From Vicinamibacterales bacterium (lineage in GTDB: Bacteria > Acidobacteriota > Vicinamibacteria > Vicinamibacterales > UBA2999), in NCBI GenBank assembly GCA_036732565.1, contig DAINCF010000002.1, forward strand, positions 1-59,851: a stretch of DNA of 59,851 bases, in the 5' to 3' direction. The notes below the pieces were generated by a model. The model did no database searches. It was given only the letters and a program-made list of their open reading frames with translations, and had not been told where the DNA came from. The translations under genes were made by a program, and so were the position numbers. This document shows positions 15,067-24,202 of the stretch, one piece after another (the stretch's first letter is position 1; each line of letters starts with the position of its first letter).

Positions 15067-16962
15067 ATGCCGGCTTCGGTCCCCCTATTTCGAGCCAACA
15101 GCCTCCGGGTTCACGTCTCCGCCGTTGGCTTCGTCGTCGCGACGCTTGCCGGCCAGGTCGCCTACGCGCAAGGGACGCCGCCTGGGTTCGTTCGCGTCGA
15201 CGACATGTTGCTGCCACAGGCCGCGGTCCAGGGTGCGGATCTCAGCCGGCCAACCTCCGTGACCGCGCCGTCGTTTACGCCGTGGCCCGGCGGCCTGGTG
15301 CCGATCGAGTTCGGGGCCACGGTCACCCAGGCCAACCGCAGCGCCGTGTTCGCGGCCTGCGCCATCTGGTCGAAGCGCGCGTCGGTCTCGTGCGTGCCGC
15401 GGACCAACCAGCAGCCGTATCTCCGGGTGACCGCCAACACCGGCGGCTGCTACGCGAATCTCGGCTCGTACGCGGGCCGCGAGCCGGCACGCATGAACCT
15501 CGATGCCAACTGCTGGGGGCAGAAGCAGGTGCTCCACGAGCTCGGGCACGTGTTCGGCTTGCATCACGAGCATCAACGGCCGGATCGCGACGCCTACATC
15601 TCCATCGACACGTCGGCGGTCGACCCGTCGTATCAGAGCGCGTTCGACACCATCTCGGGCGCGGCGACGCGCGGCGCCTACGACTTCCTCTCGGTGATGC
15701 ACTACCACGACTTCGCCTTCGCCGCGCGGCCGCTGACGCGCACGATGATCCCGAGGCCCGGCTTCGAGTGGTACACCTACTCGCTGGGCAGCTCAGACTT
15801 CCCATCGCCCGGCGACGGCGACGCCGTGCAAGCGATCTACGGCGGCGGCGCCAGCTACTGGCCGGCGCGCGTGCAGAACCTGCGCGTCCACCAGGAGTCG
15901 CCTGCGGGCACAACCATCGCCTGGGACCCGCCCGTCGGTGGTCCGCAGGTGACGCAGTACGGGATCACGCTGCTGTCTGGCCCGAGCTATCTGGAATCGT
16001 CGATCGCGCAGACGTTCACCGTCGCGCCGAGCGCGACCGGCGTCACGCTGAATCTTCAGCCCGGCCACTACTACATGACGGTGAAGGGCGATTCGGCGGA
16101 TGGTGAGTACGCCCGATCGGCGGTGCTGACGTTCGCCGTATCGGGCACGGGCGCGATGGCGCCGGCGCCTGGCAAGCCGTCACTCCAGGCCAGTCCCGCC
16201 GGCGGCGATCGCGTGGCGCTCTCGTGGTCTCCCGGTACCGGCGCCACGCACTACACCGTCTATGCGGGCACGACGCCGGGCAGCACCAACCTCGGCTCCT
16301 ATCCGGTGGGCACCGCGAGGTCGACGACCACGACCGCGCCACCGGGCGTCACGGCGTACATGCGCGTTGTCGCCAGCAACGAAGTGGGGGCCGCGACGTC
16401 GAACGAAGTGTCGTTCTACGTGCCGAGCGGGCCGACGACAAGCGCGCCGGCGTTGAGCGTGCAGAACGCGCTGGCGAACCCGGTGTCGCTGTCCTGGTCT
16501 CCAGGCGACCGGCCGGAGGCCACCTATACGCTACTGGCCGGCACCTCACCCGGAGGGACCGATCTCGGAACGTTCCCGATGGGTCACGCGCGATCGATCG
16601 TCGCGAACGCGCCGGTCGGCGTCCCCCTCTACATTCGCGTCACGGCCACCGCGGCTACCGGCACGACCGTCTCCAACGAAGTGCAGGTGCAAGTGCAGGC
16701 GGAGTGGGAGGCCGCGCCTCCGACGCTGTACGCACCGACGGTGATGGGGTCGACGGTCGCGTTGCGGTGGAGCCCGAGTGATGCGACCGGGTACACGCTC
16801 GTGGCCCGCCTCTCCCAGGGCGGGCCCGTGGTCGCCACGGTCCCGTTGGGCGGCCTGCATTCGATCACCATCCCCGATGTGCCACCCGGCAGCTACTGGA
16901 TCACCATCGCCGCCACGCCCGGGTTCGCCGAATCCAATCCCGTCCTGATTAGCGTCAGCTAG
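15067..16962 (+). CDS. Secreted astacin-family (M12A) zinc metalloprotease with four or five C-terminal fibronectin-III-like repeats
   Basis: Signal peptide '...VVATLAGQVAYAQG'. Zinc motif 'HELGHVFGLHHEHQRPDRD' (HExxHxxGxxHE..RxDR). 'SVMHY' is the Met-turn. Repeated ~90-aa modules ('..LSWSPG...YT.YAGT.PG.T.LG..P.G......A..G....RV.A.N..G....SNEV'). Confidence 0.85.
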   Translation: MPASVPLFRANSLRVHVSAVGFVVATLAGQVAYAQGTPPGFVRVDDMLLPQAAVQGADLSRPTSVTAPSFTPWPGGLVPIEFGATVTQANRSAVFAACAIWSKRASVSCVPRTNQQPYLRVTANTGGCYANLGSYAGREPARMNLDANCWGQKQVLHELGHVFGLHHEHQRPDRDAYISIDTSAVDPSYQSAFDTISGAATRGAYDFLSVMHYHDFAFAARPLTRTMIPRPGFEWYTYSLGSSDFPSPGDGDAVQAIYGGGASYWPARVQNLRVHQESPAGTTIAWDPPVGGPQVTQYGITLLSGPSYLESSIAQTFTVAPSATGVTLNLQPGHYYMTVKGDSADGEYARSAVLTFAVSGTGAMAPAPGKPSLQASPAGGDRVALSWSPGTGATHYTVYAGTTPGSTNLGSYPVGTARSTTTTAPPGVTAYMRVVASNEVGAATSNEVSFYVPSGPTTSAPALSVQNALANPVSLSWSPGDRPEATYTLLAGTSPGGTDLGTFPMGHARSIVANAPVGVPLYIRVTATAATGTTVSNEVQVQVQAEWEAAPPTLYAPTVMGSTVALRWSPSDATGYTLVARLSQGGPVVATVPLGGLHSITIPDVPPGSYWITIAATPGFAESNPVLISVS

Positions 16963-17365
16963 CCGTCTGCTGTCGGCGACGACGAGCGGCGGACTTCGCC
17001 TGCTTCGACAGCGCCCCCTTCGAAGCCGTACGTCTCGGTTCCTGCTTCAGCGCTCGCGTCATCGCACGTGAACGCTTCGCCGACGTCTTCCGTCCACGCG
17101 CGCGTTGCCCTTTGCGATAGTCGCGAGCGGCACTCTTGCGCGTGCGTGCGGACGCCTCGCCCTTCCGCGGCGGCGGAAGCTTCACGCCGGCGCGGCGGGC
17201 CTTCGACAGGCCAATGGCAATCACCTGCTTGGCCGATCGTGCCCCGTGTTTGCCTTCACGGACGTGCTCGATCTCTTCGCGCACGAATTCGCCGGCCTGC
17301 GTGGTCGGCGCTTTACCCTCGCGCTTCGCTTTGCGAGCCTTCTCGACCGTTCTCTTCTCAGGCAT
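16955..17365 (-). CDS. Small basic conserved protein (DUF6496-like)
   Basis: 'MPEKRTVEKARKAKREGKAPTTQAGEFVREEIEHVREGKHGARSAKQVIAIGLSKARRAGVKLP' matches the conserved N-terminus of that family as I recall it. It has an Arg/Lys-rich tail. Its 3' end overlaps the convergent astacin gene by 8 nt. Confidence 0.65.
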   Translation of the reverse strand: MPEKRTVEKARKAKREGKAPTTQAGEFVREEIEHVREGKHGARSAKQVIAIGLSKARRAGVKLPPPRKGEASARTRKSAARDYRKGQRARGRKTSAKRSRAMTRALKQEPRRTASKGALSKQAKSAARRRRQQTAS

Positions 17366-17489
17366 GTCGCACCTCGTGTTCGCGGCAAGTCGGACGGTTG
17401 AGCCTTGTGAGCCAGGTGGGCTCCCACCCGACTGACCAGCCAGACCAGCCCTACCACGAGCTTCTCTAGCAAGGCACTCGCCAGAATCG

Positions 17490-18071
17490 TCAGGTCGTCT
17501 CGCGCGTCAGCCACTTCTCGACGGCTGGCGGCTGGTAGGTCGCGACGCGCGTCAGCACGGCGTCGGCCTCTTCTTCGACCAGCACCATCGCGCGATAGAC
17601 CGGTCTCAGAAAGCCCATCTCCACGGCGTTGTCCAGCAGCTGCAAGAACGGCCCGTAATAGCCGGCGACGTTCATCAACGCGCACGGCTTGGCGTGCAGC
17701 CCGAGCTGTCCCCAGGTGAGGATCTCGCACATCTCCTCGAACGTACCGGTTCCGCCCGGCAGCGCCACGAAGGCGTCCGACAGCTGCTCCATCAGCGCTT
17801 TGCGCTCGTGCATCGACGACACAATGCGTAACTCGGAGAGCCCTGTGTGGGCAATCTCGCGCTCCACCAGGGAGCGCGGGATGACACCAATCACGTGCCC
17901 GCCCTCCGCCAGCGCGGCATCGGCGACGCGTCCCATCAAGCCCACGTGCGCGCCGCCGTAGACGAGCTCGAGACCGCGTCGCGCGATGGCACGACCCAGC
18001 TGCTCGGCGGCGTCGACGAAGATCGGATCGCGGCCCGGGCTCGAGCCGCAGAACACACAAACACGTTTCAA
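17490..18071 (-). CDS. LOG-family protein (TIGR00730 Rossmann fold; cytokinin riboside 5'-monophosphate phosphoribohydrolase-like)
   Basis: 'VCVFCGSS', 'LVYGGAHVGLMG', 'PGGTGTFEE' and 'KPCALMNVAGYY' are LOG motifs. The start is uncertain. TTG at 18071 follows GGAAAGGA. The ORF track begins at another TTG at 18149. Confidence 0.8.
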   Translation of the reverse strand: MKRVCVFCGSSPGRDPIFVDAAEQLGRAIARRGLELVYGGAHVGLMGRVADAALAEGGHVIGVIPRSLVEREIAHTGLSELRIVSSMHERKALMEQLSDAFVALPGGTGTFEEMCEILTWGQLGLHAKPCALMNVAGYYGPFLQLLDNAVEMGFLRPVYRAMVLVEEEADAVLTRVATYQPPAVEKWLTRETT

Positions 18072-18166
18072 CAAAGCATCCTTTCCGGTCGTGAAATTAA
18101 AGAGAGGAGAAAATCGGCGACCAATCTGCGGCCAATCCAATCTGCGCAATTATCCAGCGAATCGCC

Positions 18167-20617
18167 TCAATCGTTTTTGAGTGCGACCATCGGGTCCACT
18201 CGCGTGGCCCGTCGGGCGGGAAGATAGGTCGCCAGCATGGCCACACTGATGAGGACGCACGCCACCCCCACCAGCGTCGTCGGATCCGTCGGCGTCACAC
18301 CGTAGAGCAGGCTCGCGACGACATTGCCGAGCGCCAGGGCGATCGCCATGCCGATCACCAGGCCGGCGCCAGTCAGCCACAGGGCTCGATGCATGACCAG
18401 GCGTAACACGTCCGCGCGCTGTGCCCCCAGTGCGACGCGCACACCGATCTCGCGCGTGCGCGCGGTGACGCCGGAGGCGATGACGCCGTAAAGGCCGAGC
18501 GCCGCGAGCAGCAGCGCGGTTGCGGCAAAGCCGAGCAGCAACACCATCGTGAATCGTGGCTGCGCCAGATCGTCGGCGACCAGGTCACGCATCGGCCTGA
18601 TCTCTCCGACGGGCTGGTTCGGATCGATGGCCGGAACCTGCGCCGCGATCTGCGTCGCCGTGGCAGCAGGATCGCCCCCCGTGCGGACGACGACCGTCAG
18701 CTCGCGCGTTGGACCTTGTGGAAACCAGAAGTAGGTCGTTCCGTTGGGATTCGCGGCCATGCCGCCCCAGCGAACGTTCCCCACGATGCCGACGATCTCG
18801 CCGGTGATGGTCTCGTCCTCCTGGCGCCACGTAAGGCGCGCACCGACCGGATCGTCCGTCCCCCACTCCTGTCGCGCAAGCGCCTCGTCAATCACGAACA
18901 CGGGGCCCGTTCGTTCCGAATCGAGGTCGCTGGGCAAGCGCCCTCGCAGCAGCGGGATGCCCATCGCCTCGAAGTACCGACCTCCCACGACGCTGACCCA
19001 GGACGCTGGTCGCGCGCCTGGCGAGGCAAGCGGCCGACCTTCGATCTCGAAGAGCGCGGCCGCGCCGTAGTTCGACATCGGCAAGTAGTTGACGGTGCCG
19101 GCCGCCTGCACGTCGCGAAGCTGCCCGATCCGCTCGAGAAGCTGACGAGCGAAGCCGCGCATCCCCTCGTCGTTGTCGTAGGTCGACGCGGGCAGCGTGG
19201 TCCGCATCGTCAAGACCTGCTGCGCATTGAATCCAGGATCGACGCGCGTGAGCGCCCAGAAGCTGCGACCCAGCAGCGCGGCACCCGACAGCAGGACCAC
19301 GGCGAGGGCAACCTCGATCATCGTGAGCGTACCGTTGAGCAGGCTGCGCCGCGGGCCCGACGAGGCGCCGCGTGCGGACTGTCGAAGCGCGACATCCAGC
19401 GCACATCGCGCGCGCGTCAGCAGCGGCACGAGGCCAAAGACAACGGCGGTCAGCACTGTCACGAGGCATGCGAACGCGAGCACGCGCAGGTCGATGCCGA
19501 TCTCGCGCGTGCGCGGAAGCTGAAGGCCCGCTGGGATCACGGACACCAGCAAGCCGGTCGACCACTCGGCGAAAAGCACGCCGAGCACGCCACCCACCGC
19601 GGCAAGCACGAGGCTCTCCACGAACAGTTGACGCGCCAGGCGTTGACCGGTGGCACCAAGCGACAGGCGAATGGCGAGCTCGGTCTGCCGCGTTGCCGCC
19701 CGATTGAGCACGAGGGTCGCGACGTTGGCGCACGTCATCAACAGGAGCAAGCTCACGGCGCCGAAGAGCAGCAACAAGACGAGTCGGACGTCTTTCACGG
19801 TGGCGTCGATCAGGCTGACGACGCCGACGTCCCAGTTGCTGCTGTGGGAGGGATGTGCCTGCTCGATGCGCCCCGCGATGACCATCAATTGAGCGTGCGC
19901 CTGCTCGATGGTGACGCCGGGAGCGAGGCGGCCCACGGCGAAATGCGTGCCGCCCATGCCGGTGCGATCGCCGGCCACCAGCGCCGTCGGTATCCAGACC
20001 TCGGCGCGTGACTCGGCCAGCTCCACCGTCCGGATCGCAAAGTGCGCCGGCATCACGCCGACGATGGTGCGCGGTTCTCCATCCAGGATGATCGAACGAC
20101 CAATCACGTCTGGCCGGCCGCCGTACTTCCGCTGCCAGAAGCCGTAGCTCAAGACGACCTCCGGCGGCACGTCGCGAAGCTGCGTGTCGACCGTGAACGT
20201 CCGGCCCTCCACCGGAGCGATCCCGAGCACGGTGAAGAAGTTTGTCGTGACCCGATCAGCGCGCACTTCGAGGGCAGGGCCGTCGCCGGTGAGGTTGACG
20301 ATCGCGTCCGACCACGCCGCGATGTCGTCGAACGCGGTACTCTCCAGCCGCCAGTCGTGCACGTACGACTCGGACAGCCGGGCGCAACAGCGCGTCGGGG
20401 ACATCCGTGCCCACAGCATCGTGAGGCGATCCGGCTCGGCGAAGCGCAGCGGGCGCAACAACACCGAGTCGACCAGCGTGAACATCGCGGTGCTGCCGCC
20501 GATACCGAGTGCCAGCGTCAGCACTGCGACGGCGGCAAAGCCGGGCGTGCGGCGCAGCACGCGCGCCGCGTAGCCAACATCCTGGCGGAGCTCGGAAAGG
20601 TATCGCGTGCGCGCCAT
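18167..20617 (-). CDS. ADOP-family duplicated MacB/FtsX-type ABC permease (no ATPase domain)
   Basis: N-terminus 'LRQDVGYAARVLRRTPGFAAVAVLTLALGIGGSTAMF'. Two MacB periplasmic-domain plus FtsX modules. 'TREIGVRVALGAQRADVLRLV' lies near the C-terminus. The protein is 816 aa. Confidence 0.9.
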   Translation of the reverse strand: MARTRYLSELRQDVGYAARVLRRTPGFAAVAVLTLALGIGGSTAMFTLVDSVLLRPLRFAEPDRLTMLWARMSPTRCCARLSESYVHDWRLESTAFDDIAAWSDAIVNLTGDGPALEVRADRVTTNFFTVLGIAPVEGRTFTVDTQLRDVPPEVVLSYGFWQRKYGGRPDVIGRSIILDGEPRTIVGVMPAHFAIRTVELAESRAEVWIPTALVAGDRTGMGGTHFAVGRLAPGVTIEQAHAQLMVIAGRIEQAHPSHSSNWDVGVVSLIDATVKDVRLVLLLLFGAVSLLLLMTCANVATLVLNRAATRQTELAIRLSLGATGQRLARQLFVESLVLAAVGGVLGVLFAEWSTGLLVSVIPAGLQLPRTREIGIDLRVLAFACLVTVLTAVVFGLVPLLTRARCALDVALRQSARGASSGPRRSLLNGTLTMIEVALAVVLLSGAALLGRSFWALTRVDPGFNAQQVLTMRTTLPASTYDNDEGMRGFARQLLERIGQLRDVQAAGTVNYLPMSNYGAAALFEIEGRPLASPGARPASWVSVVGGRYFEAMGIPLLRGRLPSDLDSERTGPVFVIDEALARQEWGTDDPVGARLTWRQEDETITGEIVGIVGNVRWGGMAANPNGTTYFWFPQGPTRELTVVVRTGGDPAATATQIAAQVPAIDPNQPVGEIRPMRDLVADDLAQPRFTMVLLLGFAATALLLAALGLYGVIASGVTARTREIGVRVALGAQRADVLRLVMHRALWLTGAGLVIGMAIALALGNVVASLLYGVTPTDPTTLVGVACVLISVAMLATYLPARRATRVDPMVALKND

Positions 20618-20629
20618 GCGACTGTGGCG

Positions 20630-21565
20630 TCAGGACTTGCCCGCGAGAAACGGCTCGACCACCGCCAACACCGGTCCGATCTTCGCGAAGCTGTCGGAGT
20701 ACGTGGCCCCGCTGATCTTCGACAATGTCACCTTCGTGCCCGACAGCTTACCTTCGTACTCCTTGACGTTGGCCATCGCGGTCTCGTCCACGGCTCCCAC
20801 CGCCCAGAGCGTTGGTACTGTGATCTCCGCGGGCTCGAGCGGCGGGTAGTCGAGCAGCGCGCCCAGCGAGATCGCCGAGACGGCAATGCCACCATCCCAC
20901 GCCGCTTTGTCTCCGGCCGAGAGCGTCTTGAGATCGACCGTGCCGGCCTTTTGCGCCTCCAGCATCGGCTGCCACTTCGCGCGCATCCCCTCGATGGCGG
21001 TCTTGACGATACCGGTGACCGTGGGCCCCATGGGGGCGCCGACGAGCACGCTGGAGATCACGCGATCCGATCGGGCGGCCAGATAGCGGCCGACGCTGGC
21101 ACCGTGGCCGAAGCCCCACAGATGAAATCGCTTGGCGCCGGCGGCGTCGGCGACCGCAATGAAGTCTTCGAGCACGCGGTCGAGCGCGTAGGCGTCGGGC
21201 CGTGCCGGCTTGTCGCTGTCACCGTTGCCGCGCCGATCGAGGGCGATGACGGTGTAGCGTCCGCTGAGGCGTTCGACGTAGCCGCGCTCGCTCCAGGTCC
21301 TGCGCGTCTGCCCGCCGCCGTGCACGAGCATCAACGCCGGCCCGGAGCCGGTGACTTCGTAGGCAATGCGCGTCCCGTCGGGCGATTTGGCGAACTGGAC
21401 CTTCGGGGCTGGCGGCTTGGCAGGGTCGGCGGGCTTCTCGCCGGGCTTCTGGCCTGCTTGCGCGTTCGATCTCGATTGTGCGGATGGTCTCTGTTGCATC
21501 GCCGCCACGCAGAGCCCAATGGCGACGGTGAGGATCAACAGTCGGACGAGTGGGGGGGCAATCAT
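20630..21565 (-). CDS. Secreted alpha/beta-hydrolase-fold protein, apparently lacking the catalytic Ser and His
   Basis: Signal peptide 'MIAPPLVRLLILTVAIGLCVAAM' and a Pro/Lys-rich linker. 'LMLVHGGGQT' is oxyanion-hole-like. The nucleophile elbow reads 'HLWGFGHGA' (G where GxSxG has Ser). The C-terminal 'ISGATYSDSF' has Tyr where the GxxH His is expected. The gene ends 12 nt before the ADOP gene start. Confidence 0.75.
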   Translation of the reverse strand: MIAPPLVRLLILTVAIGLCVAAMQQRPSAQSRSNAQAGQKPGEKPADPAKPPAPKVQFAKSPDGTRIAYEVTGSGPALMLVHGGGQTRRTWSERGYVERLSGRYTVIALDRRGNGDSDKPARPDAYALDRVLEDFIAVADAAGAKRFHLWGFGHGASVGRYLAARSDRVISSVLVGAPMGPTVTGIVKTAIEGMRAKWQPMLEAQKAGTVDLKTLSAGDKAAWDGGIAVSAISLGALLDYPPLEPAEITVPTLWAVGAVDETAMANVKEYEGKLSGTKVTLSKISGATYSDSFAKIGPVLAVVEPFLAGKS

Positions 21566-21837
21566 GCACCAAGAATTACCACAGCCAGCCCGGCGGCAGC
21601 GAGATCCGTGCAATGTGTCTCGGGAATGGACCCGCGATGGGATGGCGCGCCGGACAAAGATTCGGAACCGCTCGCGAGGCGCGAAGCGAGTCGCGGCGCT
21701 TCCCGAGGCCAACCGGGGCCCGTGCGGAGCCACAGCCCCCGTTTTTCCTAAGATTTTCGACTACTGGAGGCAATCTCAACCGACCCCGGGTCGCATGCGG
21801 TCGCGAGATCGAAATCCATGCTGTTGACTTTGAGGCA

Positions 21838-21870
21838 GGGGACGCCAAACATTCCGTTTGGTGCGTCCCC
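21838..21870 (-). terminator. GC-rich hairpin 3' of the 21892..22455 gene (GGGGACGC ... GCGTCCCC with inner CAAAC/GTTTG)
   Basis: The inverted repeat was read directly and lies 22 nt downstream of the stop codon. There is no clear U-tract, so terminator function is tentative. Confidence 0.4.
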
Positions 21871-21891
21871 TATTCCGTGCCTAGTTGTCCG

Positions 21892-22455
21892 CTATTGAGG
21901 GATGTACGCGTCGCAGCTCACTCGTGGGTTCCAGTCCGCGAACGTGCCATGAGGGTTGCGCTTCCACGCCCAGACGTGCAACTCGTAGTAGGCAGGGAGG
22001 CCGCTCCGATTAGGGGCGGACACGTAGTGAAAATGCTGGCCGTGCAGGACAGGAGGATGTTCGTTGGCCGCGTCCCACTGCTCCGCGAGCACGATGTATT
22101 CCACGGCCACTAGCTGGAGCCGTCCATTCCGTGGCTCGTAGACGAGTGCTTCCGGCCGCGCGGCGTCCAGGAGACCGTCGCCGACCAGCGAGGCGTTCAC
22201 GTAATGCACGCCCATCGCCCCCTCTTCCGGGCCACTGACGCAGCCACCTGAAAGGGCATACCCGGCAGACACTGCCGCTTGGGCATCTTGCAACGGCGCT
22301 GTCGACTGGCGCACCGCTCGGGCCAGCGGCCCCTCGCCGACCTCAACTTGCTCGTTCACACCTGCGGCCGGTTGGGTCCGAACGACCTCGACCGCTGCCA
22401 GGCTCATCAGCCCGGCAACCGCGCAAGCTGTCAACTTCCCACGCTCGATACTCAT
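21892..22455 (-). CDS. Conserved secreted hypothetical protein
   Basis: ATG 22455 is preceded by GGAGG. Signal peptide 'MSIERGKLTACAVAGLMSLAAVE'. The C-terminal part 'GMGVHYVN...PEALVYEP..G.LQLVAVEY...NRSGLPAYYELHVWAWKRNPHGTFADWNPRVSC' looks like a conserved unnamed family. Confidence 0.6.
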   Translation of the reverse strand: MSIERGKLTACAVAGLMSLAAVEVVRTQPAAGVNEQVEVGEGPLARAVRQSTAPLQDAQAAVSAGYALSGGCVSGPEEGAMGVHYVNASLVGDGLLDAARPEALVYEPRNGRLQLVAVEYIVLAEQWDAANEHPPVLHGQHFHYVSAPNRSGLPAYYELHVWAWKRNPHGTFADWNPRVSCDAYIPQ

Positions 22456-23011
22456 GGCACCTCCGGCTGTTCCTCTGTAGCCATCCAATACGGCTGTCTC
22501 AGGGGAATGCGGAAGCATGCAAGCGTCAGGACCTGAACCGCTGTGCAGATGATTCCCTATCGGCCCGAGATGCATCGCTCGCGAAGCGTGGAGTCTCTCG
22601 AGTTCCAATGGACTCGCGGACGCATCGGATCAATGCGTGCCGTGTCGGATGGCAACCCCCGAATCCCAGGTCATTTGACGAGCGGGCTCGCGCTCCGATG
22701 CTTCAGCCGACTTCGATCGACATCACCGCTGACGTCGAAAGATTTCGTAGACGGCGTGGCGCGTTCATCATGCCGGGCCGCGGGCAGTTCCCTGCACCCG
22801 ACCATGCGGTCAGCGGTCGCTGAAATTACGCTGCCGCGGAGCGCGCAAATGGCCAGCTCGGCACTCGGCAAGCAAGTGCAATGATGAGTCCAAGTGCCGC
22901 TGAGGTTGATCGTGCCCACGATGGACAAGTCGTGGGTCGAAGCCTGCAGCCGTGTGGGAACGAGGCATGCCGGTTGCTTCCGCCTTTCCCATTGGTGGAT
23001 AGAGGGATTCA

Positions 23012-24202
23012 ATGCGCACTGTGCTCGCCGTCAACGCCGGATCCTCCAGCCTCAAGCTGGCGCTCTTTGCGATTCGACCAACCGAGGTCGAGCTCGAGAC
23101 CACTGTTCGGGTCGAGCGCATTGGCGACGGAGACGGTCGGATGACGGTTCGGCGATCGGACGGTCACGTCGAACGCGACGAGCCGCACGATGTGCATGAT
23201 CACGTCGCCGCGTTCGAGCGTGCCGCTGACGCCGTTCCCGCGTTGCGAAAGGTCGATGCCATCGGCCATCGGGTCGTGCGCGGCAGCGTTCGCCACAACC
23301 GACCGGCGCTAATCACGCCGGAGCTCGTGGACGAGCTGCGCGTCAGCGCGCCACAGGACCCGGACCACGGCCCTCAGGCCCTTGCCCTGATTGCGCAGCT
23401 TCGCGCCAACAGCCCCGATGTCCCTCAGGTGGCCTGTTTCGACACGGCGTTCCATCGAACGATGCCAGAGGTGGCGCGAAGGTACGCACTGTCCCGCCGC
23501 GTGATTGGCGACGAAGTGATTCGGCTCGGATTTCACGGGTTGTCATGCGAGCACGTGCTCGAACGCCTGGCTGCGATCGACCCGACCGCGGCGCGGGGCC
23601 GGGTCATCGTCGCGCACTTGGGCGGGGGCGCAAGTCTGACTGCCATTCGGGACGGCGCAAGCGTCGACACGACCATGGGCTTTTCCCCCACCGGCGGGCT
23701 CGTCATGAGCACCCGATCGGGTGACCTGGATCCGTCCGTGCTGCTGTTCCTCAGCGAGCGGGGAATGAGCACCGATGCGCTTCGCGAGCTGGTGAATCGA
23801 AAAGCGGGTCTGCTCGGGGTCTCCGAGCTCACGGGAGACATGCGCGTGCTTCTCGATCGCGAGTCCGCGCTTCCGGCTGCAGCCGAAGCCGTCGCGTTGT
23901 TCTGCTACACCGCGCGGAAATCCCTCGGCGCCATGATCGCCGCGCTCGGCGGCGTGGACATCGTGGTGTTCACGGGAGGTATCGGCGAGCACGCGGCTGC
24001 GGTTCGCGAGCGCATCTGCCGCGATCTCGACGACCTCGGTATTTCACTCGATGCGGCGCGCAACGAACGCGACGAGGCGATCATCTCCCACGACCGCAGC
24101 CGCGCAATCGTGCGTGTCATGCCGACGGATGAAGAACTGGTCATCGCCAAACAGGTTCGAGCGCTCTTGGAAGAACACGGAGCCCGTCATGTTTCAGTTT
24201 GA
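23012..24202 (+). CDS. ackA: Acetate kinase
   Basis: 'VLAVNAGSSSLKLALF', 'IGHRVV', 'ACFDTAFH', 'GFHGLS', 'AHLGGGASLTAI', 'GFSPTGGLVMSTRSGDLDP' and 'VFTGGIGE' are canonical AckA motifs. GAGGG lies upstream of the ATG. Confidence 0.93.
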   Translation: MRTVLAVNAGSSSLKLALFAIRPTEVELETTVRVERIGDGDGRMTVRRSDGHVERDEPHDVHDHVAAFERAADAVPALRKVDAIGHRVVRGSVRHNRPALITPELVDELRVSAPQDPDHGPQALALIAQLRANSPDVPQVACFDTAFHRTMPEVARRYALSRRVIGDEVIRLGFHGLSCEHVLERLAAIDPTAARGRVIVAHLGGGASLTAIRDGASVDTTMGFSPTGGLVMSTRSGDLDPSVLLFLSERGMSTDALRELVNRKAGLLGVSELTGDMRVLLDRESALPAAAEAVALFCYTARKSLGAMIAALGGVDIVVFTGGIGEHAAAVRERICRDLDDLGISLDAARNERDEAIISHDRSRAIVRVMPTDEELVIAKQVRALLEEHGARHVSV

